Positions 12,301-23,643 of a DNA stretch of 64,000 nt are shown here, one piece after another. The translations under genes and the position numbers were made by a program. The DNA lies in contig NC_052166.1 of assembly GCF_902713615.1 (NCBI RefSeq), forward strand, positions 67,852,406 to 67,916,405, in the 5' to 3' direction. Position 1 is the stretch's first letter. Every line of letters begins with the position of its first letter. Under the pieces are notes generated by a model. The model worked only from the letters and a program-made list of their open reading frames with translations, was not told where the DNA came from and did no database searches. Source of the DNA: Scyliorhinus canicula (taxonomy: Eukaryota).

Positions 12301-15300
12301 CAGAGTTCTGCCAGAGGTTTTTAATATCTTCAGCTCTGCGGCTCCCGTCAAACTGCAAACACAAAAGAGCATTGCGTCACTAAAGTGCAAAAAGATGGTG
12401 TTGAACATGAGGGGGCCAGGCAAGCTGGAGGGACGGACAGTTTTAACAACGTATTCAATGCTCCACCACAAGACCTCAAAAGACTCTCAAGATTTAGTTG
12501 GCAAGTACATTTCCACCATTTTTGCCCAGGAGGTACCAGGTTCAATCCCTGGTCTGGACGAGGGAATTCTAGCACAATTGTCCCAAGAAGCCTGGACTAG
12601 TGCTTTGGAGGCAAATTCAAATCCCGTCACGGGAGCTGGGGCAAATTAAAATTCCATTAATTAATAAACCCAGGATAAACTCTCATTAATAAGGATCATG
12701 GTAGGGCAGCAGTAGGTTAGCCCTGCTGCCTCACGGCGCAGAGTACCCAGGTTCGATCCCGGCTCTGGGTCTCTGTCCGTGTGGAGTTTGCACATTCTCC
12801 GCGTGTCTGCATGGGTTCCGCCCCCACTACCCAAAGATGTGCAGGGTAGGTGGATGCACGTTCTCCCTGTGTCTGCATGGTCTCACCCCCCACAACCTAA
12901 AGGTAGCGTGGATTGGCCACTCTAAATTGCCCCACAATTGGAAAAATTATTTAAAAATTGATCATGAAATTACTGGATCGATGTTTTAAAAAGACCCATA
13001 AAACCTGAACATACTTACATCAATATTGGCGATCTTTATCCAGTCGTGATCATCAAACCTATTTCCCAACAACTGGCGCTGCGTCATCTGGCTATAAGAA
13101 AGTTAAGGAGTAACACTCTTTTATAAAGCTCAGCGAGTTATTGGCAATGCTCAAACTCAGCCAGCTGCAAGTACTCATCGTCATGTTTCAATTCAGTGAA
13201 ACTTCGAGGTCAGTGCTCGTTAACGACCATACTCAATAACATGAATTAAATGCAATAGTATAAGACGGGAGGAAAGGAGGAGGCCTTGTTGAACTCTCTG
13301 CAGCCAAAATATCTGATGGTTCTTCAAAGCGCAACAGAATGATGGCTCTGAGACGTCATGATTCAGCTACTTCACTTTCAGCAGACAGCTCCACTCTGGT
13401 AATTCATACACCAGACAGAAATCTCTAATGATCCAATTTCCTCTTAAATGCCTCGACCGACTCTGCCTCTCCCACACACCCGGGCAGCTCTTTCCAGATG
13501 CCAGCAACTCGCTGCGTGAAGTTTCTCCTCATGCACCCATTGTTTGTTTTACCAATTACCTCAAATCTGTACCCTCTTGTTCTTGATCCTTGCACCAGTG
13601 AGAAGGCCTTTCCTGTATCCACTCTGTCAATAAACCTCGTGGTTTGGTAGACCTCTACAAATCTCCCATCACTGGGTCAGGCCTAAATATGACTCAGTCC
13701 CCACTCAGTTAACGGGGTCCAGCCACAATCAGTTCCCCTCGGCAACCTGTGGGGAGGGAGCAATGGACGTGCTGTTCAAACACTGGAGACCAGAGGCAAC
13801 ATTGGTTGCTTTGCTCCTCGCAGTGTCTCAGCGCATCACCTCCTCCCCCAGCTCTGACACAAGCGTCTCGCCCAAATGGGGCAACGCCACATTATTTTGC
13901 TTTTCCTGTCTACTTTGCTACATTGGTTATTTTATCTTTATGGCTGAATTTATGTTTATTTTCAACAAAGGAGAAGATTGAAGGTAGCCAGAAATCAGCT
14001 GCAAACATTACTTAGACTTAATCATGGGAGACTTTGGTAAAGTAATTGGAATGCGTGGAAATAAAGCATCTGCCTGGTTTGATTCAACAAGGCAGCACAA
14101 TTAACTATGCTCAAGTCAAGCAAGAGTCAGTAAATTGCCATGCCAGTGTCCCTTTAAGAAAGGTTTTGTCCTATCACATGGCTTCAGTGATGTCATAGTG
14201 TGGGTGGAGCTGGGCTGTGGGAGTTTTTTTTGGTTTCGCTTTCACATTTGGCTGCTGTGGACTCAGACAGAGAGCAGAAGTGTTTTTGGTCGGCCTCTCT
14301 GTCTTCCGGATTGCTTAAGAGAGATAATTGCTTTCTGGAAGGAAAAGGGGAGCAGAGTATCAATATCAAGTCTTAAAGACAATGAGAATGCCGTGTGCTG
14401 GGCCACGCCTTTGAAAAGGGGTTTCTGGTTTTACTTGGATTTTGTTATTGAATTGGAACAGTTAAGGGGGAATTCATTAAGGGTTATACATTGATTACTG
14501 CAGCTGCGGGGGTCTTTATGTTTGTATTATGTTTGTGTTTATACAAATGGCAACTAAATTCTTAGAATAAAGCTAGTTTTTTTGAAGTCTGTTGAATAAC
14601 ACCTGAAAAGCAGGTTCTTCTGCTCATCCTAGCCAATATCAATAAAAAGTTGTAGGTCAGGTGAACTCCATAATATACTTTGGAGTTTTTAAAACCCTGG
14701 CCTATAACAAAATTCAATATTACATTTCCTGTCACAATCCCTATAGTCTTGTAAGTTATTATCTAAAACAGAGTGACTCTTATTCTTTAACGGAGTGGAT
14801 ACCCCTTCCATCTTTCACCCCACAGTATTATCAATCCACCCGGTCCAAATATTTGGCTTGAAGATCTATGAATTAATTCAATTAAAGGTTTGTTGACACG
14901 GAGGTGCTTGAGAATTGAAGAGTGATTTCCAACGTCCCGTCACCAAAATTCTAGCATCTTTGAAATGAGAGATTTGGGAAATGAGATTGTCAGCGCAGAG
15001 GGACATTATTAGACATCCTGGTCCACTAAACCCTCTCCAGCTGGAGGTGATCCATTGTCGTCGTGACAGCTGAGCAAGTTAAAAAAACCTAAAGCCCAAA
15101 ATGTGTACTGGATACAAAGGGGCGAGCTGGTCGTGGCCAGTGGGCTACGATTTCCATTAGCAGCATCAATCTGTCAGGGTTGGCGTTTCTGATCACCATG
15201 TCAGTGACTACTGGGGATAGTTGCATGTGTGTGAATATTGGGTGAAAACAACATCAGGTTTGTCTGCAATGCCAGTCACAGTCAAATAACTCAGCAACAT

Positions 15301-18300
15301 TCACTGATGACTTTCAGAGTGAAGAATTTTGGCAAAATACTAAGAGTTCATCAACCTTTAAACAAACCCAGTAAAGGACCAGATTGTACCAATAAGGGTG
15401 CGATGGAAGGGTCGTGTATCCCATGCCGGAAGCAGGAACGGGGTCAGGAATCCCGGAATTATGTCCTGCCCACCATTTTAATGTCCTTCAGCCTCCGCTC
15501 CAATACAGACAGAGAGATGAAAATCTGGGCCCTTTCCTTTGCTTTCTTGGATTCTCTTTTTCTGATCCCTCCAGATCTCTCTTACACCCTCAACTCTTCT
15601 AAAAAGCCATTTTTCAGCGAGGCTTTATATTCATCTCTTCACCCCCAGGGTGAAGGGCACGGCGGCGCAGTGGTTAGCACTGCTGCCTCACGGCGCCGAG
15701 ATTCGATCCCGGTTCTGGGTCACTGTCCGTGTGGAGTTTGCACATTCTCCCCGTGTCTGCGTGGGTTTCGCCCCCACAACCCAAAGGTGTGCAGGGTAGG
15801 TGGATTGGCCACGCTAAATTGCACCTTAATTGGGAAAAACAAATTCAGTACTTTAAAAAAAAATTTAAATAAAAGAAGAAAATTCACCTCCCCCACCCTC
15901 CCTTGGGCTGCAGTTCAGCCCAGCCCACACTCTGCTGATATCCTTTCAGCGATATTCCTGTGTTCAAGGCCCTAAATAAGTGCAAATTGTAGCAAATGCA
16001 CTGTTCGCCCAAACTGACTTTAAACACTGAACCTACAAGTAACGCGTTGCAATCTCACCAAGTCAGTTATATGACCAAAACTAGCTGCTGAACTCAATGA
16101 CGGGAGGAGCGAAAACCCATGGGAGGCTAAATTGCCTATTCCCGCTCCTAGGTCATGTGTTCTAGGGAGGAGATGCTCTGGCTGATTTCGCAATCCAGCG
16201 CTTGGTCTGTAACATTGTAGGTAGCAGACGAGGAACATATCAGCCATGATAGAATGGCGGAGCAGACTCGATGGGCCGAATGGCCTAATTCTGCGCCTCT
16301 GTCGCATGAACTTGCGACCCTGAGAAGCCATTTGCTTGCAACTAAACCCACCCACAAGTGGTAACTCGATAACGTTTCATTACCAGAACAGAAGTTATTT
16401 AAAGCTACTTGCATTAAATATTTTACATCTGCCACAATTCAGTGTTTCCATGATTTTAACTCGTGTCCCATATTGTCTGCAAAACGTAGGGAGGAGGAGG
16501 AGCTGGACCCTTCAGTCGCTCCTTCATCCCGTCAGACAAGGCTGCTCGGGACAGTTGCTTTTCACCCATCAGGAGCCTCCCAAACCCAGTCTTGATAACC
16601 GGCCCCAGGACCCCCAGTCACCATTTCTATTTGCCAACAACTGGCTTTGCAGACGGTTTGCCTCAATTAATCTGTGTGGCAGATGGGAACGCAGCGTTTG
16701 CACTCGGGAGGAGTACTTAGGAAGACACACACACCACTCCCCCAGCTCAAATGAGGCAATTGTAGAACATCTCCAAATACATTGCTGCTCCTCATTGGGA
16801 GCATTCAGTCCCAGTTCACTCAAAAAGCCTTCGAGGTTACCCTCGAAAAGGGGAGGCGGAGGCAGGTAGAGCCTGGCTTGTGCTGTGCCGCCCTCCACTG
16901 GCAGATGAATGGCGCTGCCGCACAGTATGAACATGGCATGCAAACTGGAGGACCACACAACAAGCAAAATAAAAGTGAAAACACATTTTGAAGACATTGG
17001 AGACGTTTTCGACAAGCTTTCTCACACACACACACACACTTCAGATCCCACCGTGAGGAGCAGGGAGATCTCCCACGATCCTGGGCAATTCACTGTCCCC
17101 AACAACCCCAGAGTTCACTGCTGCTTTCATAAAATATAACGTTTTTTTTTAAGCACAAAGTCACTGAAATGTAACACCCCAAATACTGGAAACCACAACA
17201 TAAAAAACCAGAAACAGTAAATACTGATAGTATCAACTCTGCAAAGGGAGGAGCAACACTGCACAGGGTCACACACAGATAACAGGCACCGAACACACAG
17301 AACATACACTCACACGCCGATCACACAACATACATGTGGATGAATATAGAGATGTCACACCCACTGCCAGCCTCCGCCGTACATGCCACAGACCTCACCA
17401 CAGCCGCCCCCTCCCCGCGGACAGATTCCCCCGCCACAACACCCCCCCCCCCACCCCCCCCGGCCACACACACACACACACACACATCCGGCCACACACA
17501 CACACACACCCACCCCCGCCACCCACCCACCCGGCCACACACACCCACCCACCCCCGCCACACAGATTGCTGGCCCCCCCCCCCCCCCCCCGCCAGACAG
17601 ATTCCCCCGCCACAACACCCCCCCCCGGCCACACACACACACCCACCCCCGCCACCCGGCCACACACACCCACCCACCCCCGCCACACACCCACCCACCC
17701 CCTCCTGCCACACACACACACCCCCCCCCCCTCCCCCCACACAGCCCCCCCCCCCCCCCCCCCGCCACACAGATTGCCCCGGCCACACACACGACACAGA
17801 GCTACTCTTACTTCCAAACACGGGCACAGTGACAGTGAATCAGAGAGGTTCTCGCACTGATCCACACTGAAGCTCAGATAACACAACATCAGGAATGTGG
17901 AACAGTGTTTGGAGAGACAATTACTGCTCAATTAGATACTCTTCTAAAAATGCCTGTTGGCAGTAAGGTTATCTCACTTGATGTTGCCCATTTCTCGCTC
18001 AGTTTCAGCAATCTGCTTGGCCATGATGTCTTTCTCGGTTTCCTGGCGGGATTGTTCCATCTTCTTGTTCAGGTATTCAAGCCTAAAAGTGTAAAGGGAA
18101 AATAATAGATGCTGATCCCGACCAGTGCTCAGAACATAGAACATACAGTGCAGCAGGAGGCCATTCGACCCATCGAGTCTGCACTGACCCACTTCCACCT
18201 TATCCCTCTAACCCAATAACCCCTCCTAAAATTTTTGGTCACTAAGGGCAATTTATCGCGGCCAATCCACCTAACCTGCACATCTTTGGACTGTGGGAGG

Positions 18301-21300
18301 AAACCGGAGCACCCGGAGGAAACCCACGCACACACGGGGAGAACGTGCAGACTCCGCACAGACAGTGACCCAGTGGGGAATTGAACCTGGGACCCTGGCG
18401 CTGTGAAGCCACAGTGCTAACCACTGTGCTACCGTGCTGCCCAAATCAGGATAAGCCAGGGCTTCAGCTGTTGACTAACCAGCGACCCCTGCTGGAAATT
18501 GAACAAATGTCAAGTGACAATCACAGACTTGTTACAGTACAGGCGAGCACCATCCCTCCCATTGTGTGTGTCAGCTCTCCAAATGAGCAATATATTTAGC
18601 ACCATCTCCCCATCACCCTACACATTCTTCCTCTTCACATAAAATTTGAATTCCCTTTTGAATGCCTCGATTGAACCATTGTGGATTGCCGGACAAACCA
18701 TCTGATTCACTGATGTCCTTAAGGGAAGGAAATCTGCCGCCCTTACCCGGTCTGGCCTACATGTGACCCCAGACCCATAGCAATGTGGTTGACTCTTCAC
18801 TGCCCCCTCAAGGGCAATTAGGGATGGGCAAAAAAATGGAGGGAATAAATACATATTTTAAAGTTCTTCAGTCAAATCAGAAGCAGTCCAGAGAATCACA
18901 GAGACCCAGTGCTCTCTGCGACACTGGTCACTTGGTAGCACAGAGCGAGAAGATGAGATTTTTCTGTCAAAGTTTTTTGTCTCGGACTCATCAGGAGATT
19001 TGACGAGACTGGTTTAAACCTGCCGTCTCCCTGGGATTCGTATTCTTGCGGAATGTCCGGATGAGTGCGAAAAGTTTCAACAAAAACGTCTTTTTGTCAG
19101 CGATACTCAACCTGCGCCAATGGTGCTTTTCATAACCAGCCAGGCATCTCAAACGCACTTTACCACCAATAAAGTACTTTGTGAACTGCAGTCACTTCTG
19201 TTATGTGCGAAATGCAGCAGCTGATACATGAATAGCAAGATCCCCCAAACAGCACCCAATCATGTCCTGATAACATCTCTGCCCAGGAAGGTAGTGCGTT
19301 AGAACCAATCGCACCAGCCGTAGAACCTTCTCGAGACTCACTCATCTTGGGGCAGAGGTACCACCCCACATCCACTGCTTTGTTCCTCGGACAGCTTGAA
19401 CACACAATCCCTGGCCCTCCCCAGTCTAACCGAAATACTCTAGTAGCTGGAATGCAATTCGACGTTCTCATTCTTTTACACCCTGCTAGCAGGTCACCTC
19501 CAAATCTAGGCTGTTCTACACTGGCCTGAGCAAATAAGGTTTGTTCAGACAAATATAACACCTGTGCCTCTTCCCCCGAACATTTTCCAAGGTCAATGCG
19601 CCTGCCACCATGGGGAGGGGTACCAAGTAGCACCTTAATTGTTGTAAAACATCCCAAGGCACCACACACACAAGAGCAGAAGAAAATAAAGATTAGGGGG
19701 GGGGGAAAGAGCAAGGCTCCGGAGGGATTTGCAAACACAGAATTTTAAACTCCAAAGGTGATGCCAGATTGGTTACCAACACAGGTTAGGGGCACAAGGA
19801 GCGATGGGATTTGGTGTGGGCGAGAAGATAGTGCAGCAGAAACTTGAAGGATGGAAGGTTTGCAGAGGTGGGATGCCAGCCCGGAGTTATTCCCCCCCAC
19901 TGTTTGAATCAACACGAGTAAAGGGACAACAGCAAGTAACTGGAGAGAAGGAGGAGAGGAGTATAACTTTGCATTGAGACGGGATGACAATGGTATGGAT
20001 CTGTACACTCGCACTGAGTGAAATTCAGGGCCTCAAAGGTTTCACCCTGGCTTTACTGACTAACAGATCACGAGGCAATGAGAAATAAAAAGGACACAGT
20101 AGGAAGTCTCACACCAGGTCAAAGTCCAACAGGTTTGTTTCCAATCACGAGCCTTCGGAGCACTGCTCCTTCCTCAGGTGAATCCTGAACATATTCAAAT
20201 AAAAAGGTGGTAAAAATCCAACATATTCAAATAAAAAGAGGGTTTACCGCAAGAGTTTGGGTTGCAGCAGTCGCTGTGTCGCATCACCTGCAATCGAGAT
20301 TTTTAGCTTTTCCTTTTCGTGTTGCTTCCCTGTGAAAAGGCAAATATCCATCACCTCATCCAGAATATCCATCCCCTCATCCAGAATATCCATCCCCATC
20401 ATCCAGAATATCCATCCCCTCATCCAGAATATCCATCCCCTCATCCAGAATATCCATCCCCTCATCCAGAATATCCATCCCCATCATCCAGAATATCCAT
20501 CCCCTCATCCAGAATATCCATCCCCTCATCCAGAATATCCATCCCCTCATCCAGAATATCCATCCCCTCATCCAGAATATCCATCCCCTCATCCAGAATA
20601 TCCATCCCCTCATCCAGAATATCCATCCCCTCATCCAGAATATCCACCCCCTCATCCAGAATATCCATCCCCTCATCCAGAATATCCATCCCCTCATCCA
20701 GAATATCCATCCCCTCATCCAGAATATCCATCCCCTCATCCAGAATATCCATCCCCTCATCCAGAATATCCACCCCCTCATCCAGAATATCCACCCCCTC
20801 ATCCAGAATATCCATCCCCTCATCCAGAATATCCATCCCCTCATCCAGAATATCCATCCCCTCATCCAGAATATCCACCCCCTCATCCAGAATATCCATC
20901 CCCTCATCCAGAATATCCATCACCTCATCCAGAATATCCATCCCCTCATCCAGAATATCCATCCCCTCATCCAGAATATCCATCCCCTCATCCAGAATAT
21001 CCATCCACTCATCCAGAATATCCATCCCCTCATCCAGAATATCCATCCCCTCATCCAGAAGCTGCGTTTAGGGTCTTTAAAAAAAAAAAAATAAGAGTGC
21101 CCAATTCATTTTTCCAATTAAGGGGCAATTTAGCGTGGCCAATCCACCTACCCTGCACATCTTTGGGTTGTGGGGGCGAAACCCACGCAGACACGGGGAG
21201 AGCGGTGACCCAGAGCCGGGATTGAACCTGGGACCTCGGCGCCATGGGGCAGCAGTGCTAACCCACGGCGCCACCGCACCGCCCATTGCATTTAGTGTCT

Positions 21301-23149
21301 TATTATTGTGTCCTGTGAACCTCAGCGACCCCCCCCCCCCAATCAGCAGACAATGGAAGGCACAATGCCCTCCCAATCAGCCACCCTCCATGGCTGCAGT
21401 TTTCTTCTTCTGATCCAGGCAGACCCCTGCCAATGGGAATTGCTGCCCTATTCATTCCACAACAGGGAATGGTGATAAAACCAACAACTTATTCAAAAAG
21501 GTGGGAGCATCGCAAGTGACCACGAAGCTGTCAATCTGTCACACCACCCGGGGGAAGAGCCCTCTTGTGCTTTTGCCTCAGTTTCCCCTGCACAACAACT
21601 GATACACTGCCTTTAACGTAGTCACATGTCCCACGGTGCTGCACCACATGGAATGCAGTGGTTGAAGTCGGCAGCTTACCACCACCACGAGGGGCAATTT
21701 GGGATGGGCAACATGTGCTGGCACAGCCAGCGACACCCAAAAGACAGGCGAGTGCGCAGTCAGAATGTGACAGTGAGCCATACAAAGGAGATATTGAGAC
21801 AACTGAAAAAACTCTTGGTCAAAGGAGGTGGTTNNNNNNNNNNNNNNNNNNNNNNNNNNNNNNNNNNNNNNNNNNNNNNNNNNNNNNNNNNNNNNNNNNN
21901 NNNNNNNNNNNNNNNNNNNNNNNNNNNNNNNNNNNNNNNNNNNNNNNNNNNNNNNNNNNNNNNNNNNNNNNNNNNNNNNNNNNNNNNNNNNNNNNNNNNN
22001 NNNNNNNNNNNNNNNNNNNNNNNNNNNNNNNNNNNNNNNNNNNNNNNNNNNNNNNNNNNNNNNNNNNNNNNNNNNNNNNNNNNNNNNNNNNNNNNNNNNN
22101 GGAATTTAGAACCTAGGCGGCTACAGTACAATTACCAGTTAAAAATGAAGACAAGACAGCAGAATTGGGGAGACACTGAAACTTACAGCTCGTTAGTAAA
22201 AACTCATCAAATCCTTTGATGCCTTGTGTAGCCTTTTCCTTAGTATCCTGGTTTGCTGGTGGGCCCTGACCACGATGAAGGGGAGAAAAAGCAGAGATTT
22301 AAACATTTGTTATCAGGCTGCTAATTGTTGCGATTTGCCATGGTGGAAGGTTATTTGACTGAGCAATGTGGCTATGTGCCACATTAAGCCTCATTCTTGT
22401 CCTGAATTCTGAAGGTGATTGTTTAATAACAGGGCGACACCGGGTCAACTAAATCAGGCATTGTCAAACTCAGGGGCACGACCCACGGGTGGGTCAGGGA
22501 CGGGTGTCGGGAGGGTTGCGGAACTGTCTGTCGCGGCGCTCCCAATCCCGCAAATCCACATGCTACAGCCACAGCAGCCGGCTGCAAGCGGCCTTCAAAA
22601 TGGCCAGGAACAAATTAGAACAAATTCGGCCGCACCGTGCATGCGTGCCCGATCATCGATGTACACACCAACGATTGGGCACGCAGGCGCAGTGCGGCCG
22701 CATTGTTTTATATGGTCGGAGCCCTTTTTTTCCCCAAGTTTGAGGGGCTGGTTTAGCTCACCAGGCTAAATCGCTGGCTTTCAAAGCAGATCAAGCAGGC
22801 CAGCAGCACGGTTCGATTCCCGTACCAGCCTCCCCGGACAGGCGCCGGAATGTGGCGACTAGGGGCTTTTCACAGTAACTTCATTGAAGCCTACTCGTGA
22901 CAATAAGCGATTTTCATTTTATTTTTCAAAGGGACCCAAAACCATTTCCTCCATTTATGTCAGCAACAAACAAGGGAAGAGAAAATGGTGGGTTGCACAG
23001 GTCGGCCGGCGTGGGCCACAAAGGTCGGCGGTTGGTAAAAATGGGTCCCCGGAAAAATAGTTTGAAGAACACGGAACTAAATGTTGGCCTTCATGGCGAG
23101 AGTATTTGAGTACAGAAGCATTTGAAGCAGTTGGGATTCAAGAACACTG

Positions 23150-23199
<50 letters not shown>

Positions 23200-23643
23200 G
23201 AGGGGGCCATACGGCCCCCTGAGTCCGCTCCACCTTTAACAACTGAATCTGTCTGCCCAGTCATCTGACACCACAAACTTCCACAGTCAGTTTTCAGCTT
23301 CCAGCAACAATTCACTGAATCAGGGAAAGGGACTGCTTCTCCCATTTCCTGAAAAAAGCTCAAATGTTCGAGAAAGTCAACTATCGGGGGAGAGGCACGA
23401 GCTCCACTTGGGAAAGGTGACAGATCTGATCCTGTCCGTCAAACAGCTGAATCATCCAGCACCAGAAACAAACCGACACATTCACACAAAGTTAAATTAT
23501 CAAGTTCCAAAAATACTCACAAGGCCGGTGACTTTATCCCTGAAATATGGTCTCAGGAAGTGGCCCAGGTACAAGGATGTAGGCTGGTTCTTGGATTTTG
23601 TCTTTTCGGTCCCGCTTCCAGTGAAGTCACCCATGATTTCAGT
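248..23643 (-). CDS. SNAPC4: SNAPC4 (snRNA-activating protein complex subunit 4, SNAP190), partial: 9 internal coding exons, 977 nt, covering the N-terminal region and Myb repeats; 5' exons lie in the gap and 3' exons lie left of the window
   Basis: The spliced, phase-consistent translation TEIMGDFTG...YLGHFLRPYFRDKVTGL|GPPANQDTKEK...|WKQHEKEKL...QRLLQPKLLR|LEYLNKK...|LLGNRFDDHDWIKIANID|FDGSRRAEDIKNLWQNSEHPSIN...|TNRTAFMCLQKYQ...|IAYFMEGRNSTQLLYRW...|MLLKAVEKYGSRDWFKIQEEVPGRVDAQCR matches recalled human SNAPC4. All introns are GT-AG. Confidence 0.96.
707..938 (+). mobile_element. Short A-tailed HE1-related SINE (about 230 bp); other copies at about 5309-5508(+), 12704-12957(+), 15654-15875(+), 21078-21282(-), 27468-27685(+), 29816-30042(-), 30157-30330(+), 34842-35100(-), 43120-43350(+), 45636-45808(-), 49033-49256(-), 49696-49921(-), 61287-61519(-)
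   Basis: tRNA A/B-box head (ggcacagtggttagc...ggttcgatc), shortened V domain (gtgtctgcgtggg..cccccacaacccaaagatgtgc), A-rich tail; TSDs visible at several copies. Confidence 0.88.
949..1055 (-). CDS. SNAPC4: SNAPC4 exon (Myb repeat), 107 nt
   Basis: acaacag|TT GCA TAC...GAT GAG|gtaagt; AYFMEGRNSTQLLYRWSKTLDPMVKRGKWTPAEDE. Confidence 0.94.
1431..1652 (+). mobile_element. tRNA-derived SINE family 3 (about 180 bp); other copies at 2852-3028(+), 22744-22925(+), 41035-41216(-), 56948-57101(-)
   Basis: ggggctggtttagctcac...ggttcgattcccgtaccagcctcccc...ggggcttttcacagtaacttcattgaagcctactcgtgacaataag with a (TTTCA)n tail. Confidence 0.88.
2541..2770 (-). mobile_element. tRNA-derived SINE family 4
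   Basis: Reverse strand GTTAGCTCAG...GGTTCAATTCCCGTAC...CCTCAACCTTGCCCCTCGCCTGAGG...GCAGCCTATGGTCCTCTGGGAC. Confidence 0.65.
3185..3332 (-). CDS. SNAPC4: SNAPC4 exon (Myb repeat), 148 nt
   Basis: cgacag|ACA AAC CGG...AAG A|gtgagt; TNRTAFMCLQKYQELNKELTKKEWTEEEDHMLIELVQKMRVGSFIPYTK. Confidence 0.94.
3710..3950 (-). mobile_element. Older HE1-type SINE, 5'-truncated
   Basis: V domain and the gggccgaatgacctcc tail on the reverse strand. Confidence 0.7.
5571..9755 (+). mobile_element. Near full-length CR1/HER1-type LINE (element B) nested in element A; frameshifted, with an internal deletion near 8290
   Basis: 5'UTR tandem monomers; ORF1 from ATG 5964 with CxxC...CxxC and SGNH/GDSL esterase blocks (GDSI, CLPGA, HIGTND, DGL(Q)L); ORF2 APE (CICFNARS, MGDFNFP, GNSDHN) and RT (NYRPVSL, MDFSKAFDK, SGVPQGSVLGP, KFADD); 3' tail gggccgaagggcctgttcctgtgctgt. 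Confidence 0.93.
5964..6912 (+). pseudogene. LINE ORF1 (zinc finger, leucine zipper, SGNH esterase), disrupted
   Basis: MAGDPRPVLCSSCSMWE...MCGKCVQLQLL with an early TGA; ORF 6478..6912 CLPGARVRDVS...VVHIGTNDVG. Confidence 0.85.
10635..10985 (+). mobile_element. HE1-type V-SINE (tRNA head, V domain, CR1/HER1-like tail)
   Basis: gggcagcgcggtagc...caggtttgattcc...gtgtctgcgtgggtttcctcctggtgctccggtttcctcccacagtccaaagatgtgc...gactcgatgggccgaatggcctccttctgcactgt. Confidence 0.88.
12188..12352 (-). CDS. SNAPC4: SNAPC4 exon (Myb repeat), 165 nt
   Basis: tttgcag|TTT GAC...CTG CAG|gtacag; FDGSRRAEDIKNLWQNSEHPSINRAEWSRDE...WEWIASELQ. Confidence 0.94.
13019..13091 (-). CDS. SNAPC4: SNAPC4 exon, 73 nt
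   Basis: cttatag|C CAG ATG...ATT GAT|gtaagt; QMTQRQLLGNRFDDHDWIKIANID. Confidence 0.92.
13420..13670 (-). mobile_element. CR1 LINE 3' fragment
   Basis: ORF 13425..13622 GSRTRGYRF...RRNFTQRVAGIWKELP...EAESVEAFKRKLD. Confidence 0.75.
14030..14709 (+). mobile_element. Possible solo LTR
   Basis: Non-coding block with AATAAA (about 14566) that ends in ...cctataACA; 5' TG end and TSD not identified. Confidence 0.35.
17405..17795 (+). repeat. C-rich/(CA)n low-complexity compound repeat
   Basis: Recurrent ccggccacacacac, cagattcccccgccacaacacc and poly-C. Confidence 0.9.
17978..18082 (-). CDS. SNAPC4: SNAPC4 exon (coiled coil), 105 nt
   Basis: ttttag|G CTT GAA TAC...ATC AA|gtgaga; LEYLNKKMEQSRQETEKDIMAKQIAETEREMGNI. 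Confidence 0.92.
18131..18442 (-). mobile_element. HE1-type V-SINE
   Basis: Same head, V domain and tail on the reverse strand. Confidence 0.88.
20100..20183 (-). mobile_element. Penelope-like mini-fragment with a mutated hammerhead (GAAG instead of GAAA)
   Basis: Reverse strand ATTCACCTGAGGAAGGAGCAGTGCTCCGAAGGCTCGTG...GGACTTTGACCTGGTG. Confidence 0.7.
20248..20329 (-). CDS. SNAPC4: SNAPC4 exon, 82 nt
   Basis: tttcacag|GG AAG CAA...TTG CG|gtaaac; (W)KQHEKEKLKISIAGDATQRLLQPKLL. Confidence 0.9.
20341..21060 (+). repeat. 21-bp minisatellite (CATCCAGAATATCCATCCCCT), about 34 copies
   Basis: Direct tandem repeat. Confidence 0.97.
21834..22100. other. Assembly gap (267 N)
   Basis: N run. Confidence 1.
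22187..22265 (-). CDS. SNAPC4: SNAPC4 exon, 79 nt
   Basis: ggtcag|GGC CCA CCA...AGC T|gtaagt; GPPANQDTKEKATQGIKGFDEFLLTS (human GPPANEDTREKAAQGIKAFEELL, recalled). Confidence 0.92.
22455..23074. mobile_element. Non-autonomous hAT (Charlie-like) DNA transposon/MITE with a SINE inserted in it
   Basis: Imperfect TIRs CAGGCATTGTCAAACT...AGTTTGAAGAACACGG and a perfect 8-bp TSD AACTAAAT (22447-22454 and 23075-23082). Confidence 0.85.
23521..23643 (-). CDS. SNAPC4: SNAPC4 exon, 123 nt (most 5' exon visible)
   Basis: cctgcag|ACT GAA ATC...GGC CTT|gtgagt; ...LYLGHFLRPYFRDKVTGL (human YMGHFMKPYFKDKVTGV, recalled). Confidence 0.92.

Noticed and set aside
16569-17015. 148-aa minus-strand ORF with a hydrophobic N-terminus
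   Set aside because: No recognisable family or splice structure, and overlapping ORFs of similar length occur in other frames.
20257-21225. Extensin-like (PHPEYPS)n 322-aa ORF
   Set aside because: Translation of the 21-bp array, antisense within a SNAPC4 intron.
23153-23198. Long poly-G/poly-C runs (also about 2579, 3784, 41543, 44646, 58499)
   Set aside because: Homopolymer lengths are unreliable in assemblies and there is no evidence of function.
23234-23348. Candidate extra SNAPC4 exon (ttttttcag|GAAATG...AAAG|gtggag)
   Set aside because: At 115 nt it would shift the frame in a phase-0 intron, the donor is weak, and the flanking exons already join into the recalled SNAPC4 sequence. It could only be a cryptic or poison exon.
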